This document shows positions 56,247-58,290 of a DNA stretch of 58,290 nt, piece after piece. The position numbers and the translations under genes are program-made. Each line of letters opens with the position of its first letter. Within the stretch, counting starts at the first letter, position 1. The notes beneath the pieces were generated by a model. That model was not told the DNA's origin, searched no databases, and was given only the letters and a program-made list of their open reading frames with translations. This DNA is from a virus (taxonomy: Duplodnaviria; Caudoviricetes). The stretch covers positions 1 through 58,290 of IMG/VR virus record IMGVR_UViG_3300005611_000028. One strand, written 5' to 3'.

Positions 56247-56958
56247 TTAAGCCGTTCCCGTTGCCATTTCCGTTACCGCGCAACAAAGCAGCCAGCAAAA
56301 CGTTAATATCTATATTGGTGCCGCCGCCGCTTTGCGATCCATTGCAGCAGCCGCAATTATCACTGATCTGTTTTACAGTTTCAGATATGTTTAACTGACT
56401 GGTTTTGTCCGCCAAAGCAGTCTCTAGGCCTCGAATCTCGCCCTGAGTGATTTTATCGAGAATCGCCTGGGTATTGGCATTCTGATTTGTCACCAATGCG
56501 TTGGTTTGCATTGCGATAGCGGTTTGAGTGGCTTGCTGACCAGTTTTAAGGTCACAGCAACACTCGGCAAGCTGGCGCTGCATTGCTGCATTTTCAGCCG
56601 CGTTTTGCTGCATCAAAAGCGTAGTTTGACGAAAGATGGTGTCTTGGGTGTCGCGCTCAATACCAGCTAGGTTGTTGATATTGTCGTTAAGGTTTTGAAA
56701 TCTTGTGTCCTGCCCATTTTCAATAAGTTGTGTATTTAGAAAGCTTTGGCCTTGGGCTAAGCAATCAATCTTGGCGCTATTAGATGCAATTCCTGTAGCC
56801 GCAGCAGTGCCTCCATTACCGCCACCCAAGGCGCCGCCATCCTTTGACAAAAAACCAAGCGTAATAAGCCATAGAAGAGGGTTGTTCATTGAATTACCGC
56901 CAAGACCAAAACCGCCATTACCGCCCAGTGATTGGCTATCAATATCAAGTGCTTGCAT
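56236..56958 (-). CDS. Gly/Asn/Gln-rich coiled-coil protein with CCC and CGCC motifs
   Basis: AGGA RBS; GGNGGFG-hydrophobic segment-GGG linker; QRQLAECCCDLK; NTQAILDKI; CGCC; GNGNGNG tail. Confidence 0.85.
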   Translation of the reverse strand: MQALDIDSQSLGGNGGFGLGGNSMNNPLLWLITLGFLSKDGGALGGGNGGTAAATGIASNSAKIDCLAQGQSFLNTQLIENGQDTRFQNLNDNINNLAGIERDTQDTIFRQTTLLMQQNAAENAAMQRQLAECCCDLKTGQQATQTAIAMQTNALVTNQNANTQAILDKITQGEIRGLETALADKTSQLNISETVKQISDNCGCCNGSQSGGGTNIDINVLLAALLRGNGNGNGNGLSAS

Positions 56959-57041
56959 AGAAATTTCCTATTTTGAATTTGGTTGATGCGCGAACGCGCC
57001 AAGGTAATGTAAATTTTTTAGTATTATTTTTGTTTTTTGTG

Positions 57042-57069
57042 TTGCGACTTATCGCTTATCGTGTACTAT
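57042..57069 (+). promoter_or_regulatory. cassette promoter with GTGTACTA
   Basis: TTGCGA-16-TACTAT; GTGTACTA 57061-57068; followed by a tgctgg-cggaa-ccagca hairpin and GAGG RBS. Confidence 0.65.
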
Positions 57070-57134
57070 TAGTTATGTCGATGCGATGCATCTAGCCGTG
57101 CTGGCGGAACCAGCAACAAGAGGATTTTTCAATA

Positions 57135-57500
57135 ATGAAAAGATTTAACATTGAAGTTCGGGAGATGCACTCTCGGTCTATTAAAGAAGTTGACTCTTCG
57201 TTTTTTACCGTTTCTGCCGGCTTTACCATACAGTCAAAAGACTCAATTCTATCGATGGTCAAGGGCGATATTATTTGCTTTGCTCGCCACCATGGTATAT
57301 GGGGCCACGAGTTCGTCGTAGAGTGCATACACTCTGAAAGCCAGATAGAGAAATGCTTAGCGCTTTCTGTTGAGCTTATATCAGCCATTGATTCACTGAC
57401 CAAAGAATCGCCACAACTCGCGGCCATGCACGCCATGGACATTAACGAAATCGCCAAAAAGGCGCACAACAAGCTAGCAAGGTTGTCTACAGCCCTATGA
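57135..57500 (+). CDS. hypothetical protein
   Basis: GAGGA RBS; first gene of the cassette. Confidence 0.65.
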   Translation: MKRFNIEVREMHSRSIKEVDSSFFTVSAGFTIQSKDSILSMVKGDIICFARHHGIWGHEFVVECIHSESQIEKCLALSVELISAIDSLTKESPQLAAMHAMDINEIAKKAHNKLARLSTAL

Positions 57501-57796
57501 ATAAATCCGTATTACATATTGAAACATCACAAGAAAATAAAGCCCGATGGGTTCATAACTCGCAACATAAAGGCGGTCTTGTTCAGTGGGTGGAGAGAAC
57601 ACTTAACGATGCGTGCGCCAACTCCGATAGCGTCGAGAAAATGCCTGAGTGGCTGGGTATTTTCACAAAACCAACGGCCAAGAAGATCATGGCTAGCGGA
57701 ATAACCTCTTTCGAGATGCTTTGCAATGATGTATGCCATCTTAATAAAATGGGCTTTAACTTTGATCAAATTGAAGAAATTAACGAGAAAATATAG
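57497..57796 (+). CDS. putative RHH + RNA polymerase alpha-CTD-like protein
   Basis: LHI...K.RWV...L..WV...LN, then FTKPTAKKIMASGITSFEML...EEINEKI. Confidence 0.5.
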   Translation: MNKSVLHIETSQENKARWVHNSQHKGGLVQWVERTLNDACANSDSVEKMPEWLGIFTKPTAKKIMASGITSFEMLCNDVCHLNKMGFNFDQIEEINEKI

Positions 57797-57805
57797 GGGA
57801 ATATT

Positions 57806-58290
57806 ATGTTAGTAGAACAACCATTTTTCGGCACTTGGAATGAAGAAAATAAAGCTTTCTGGGTTTCAACAATGCAAGATCATCAAGACCATGACCGCCT
57901 AATTTCAGGTTCATGGTTTGATGAAGAAGAAAATGGCGAGTTTAAGGGCTGTTTTTTCGGGTGCGCCATGCAAACCGATGAATCACCTCTAGAAAAAGCC
58001 ATCACAGCAATGGGTCTTCCAGATTGGTTGATTTATTTGGCCGAGAAAATATATGAGGGATTGCCGGAAGATGAAAGTCTATCGTTTCCAGTAAATCTAC
58101 TCAAATCAATACCTGTTGGCGTTAATTTGGAGACAGTAAAGCACAAGCTGGCAATAGCGAGACTAACAAAATTAGCAGAAGAAAACAAAAGCGTTTCTGA
58201 ATGCATTAATTCAGTTATTGAGCTTCATAAATTAGAGATGATAGGGAAAAAGACAACCAATAACGACTGGTCGGCGGCGTGGTCGGCGGC
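57806..58290 (+). CDS. Ser-Ala-Ala-X repeat phage protein, 5' part (continues across the contig end into 3..95)
   Basis: ATG at 57806 after GGGGA RBS; open to the window end (MLVEQPFFGTW...GCFFGCAM...NNDWSAAWSAA); absent from the ORF track because it has no stop in the window. Confidence 0.85.
   Translation, partial: MLVEQPFFGTWNEENKAFWVSTMQDHQDHDRLISGSWFDEEENGEFKGCFFGCAMQTDESPLEKAITAMGLPDWLIYLAEKIYEGLPEDESLSFPVNLLKSIPVGVNLETVKHKLAIARLTKLAEENKSVSECINSVIELHKLEMIGKKTTNNDWSAAWSA
58268..58290 (+). repeat. 12-bp coding tandem repeat at the contig end (terminal overlap)
   Basis: tggtcggcggcg tggtcggcggc. Confidence 0.9.

Noticed and set aside
58278-58290. 13-nt terminal repeat as a biological terminal repeat, cos or att site
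   Set aside because: It lies inside a coding tandem repeat and is best explained as an assembly break or overlap
1-58290. Integrated prophage, retron, DGR, CRISPR-Cas or phage-encoded polymerase
   Set aside because: No host genes, integrase, reverse transcriptase, cas or polymerase motifs were recognised in the ORF track; a very divergent member could be missed without HMM searches

Overview
The window appears to be a complete or nearly complete ~58.3 kb circular(ly permuted) genome of a tailed dsDNA phage with a long non-contractile tail. The last 13 nt repeat the first 13 nt, and the break falls in frame inside a Ser-Ala-Ala-X repeat gene. Spanins, RdgC and DUF1364/DUF1367-type genes suggest a Gram-negative, probably gammaproteobacterial, host (inference). 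Modules: a minus-strand morphogenesis operon (terL, portal, protease, scaffold, major capsid, tail tube, G/GT chaperones with a -1 frameshift, tape measure, BR0599-type tail tip; 29.7-52.6 kb); a minus-strand lysis/adhesin/terS block (3.4-10.1 kb); a minus-strand replication, DNA-modification and nin-like arm (10.6-25.8 kb); a plus-strand Bet/Exo recombination operon (25.9-29.2 kb); and plus-strand cassettes of small genes. I found no integrase, DNA polymerase, reverse transcriptase or CRISPR array. The most unusual signals are: (i) a cluster of structured non-coding elements at 12.8-14.3 kb, including a tRNA-like RNA without a D stem and a kissing-loop four-way junction, around an HNH gene bracketed by inverted repeats; (ii) a two-gene late-strand unit encoding a Gly/Asn/Gln-rich coiled-coil protein with CCC/CGCC clusters; (iii) terS and terL separated by ~9 kb, with three antisense cassettes in the packaging region each headed by the same GTGTACTA promoter motif; (iv) a C5 methyltransferase with an out-of-frame nested 'beta' gene; (v) a SNF2 helicase, amino-MTase, PAPS-reductase and cupin cluster. 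All family assignments come from motif recognition by eye, not from database searches.
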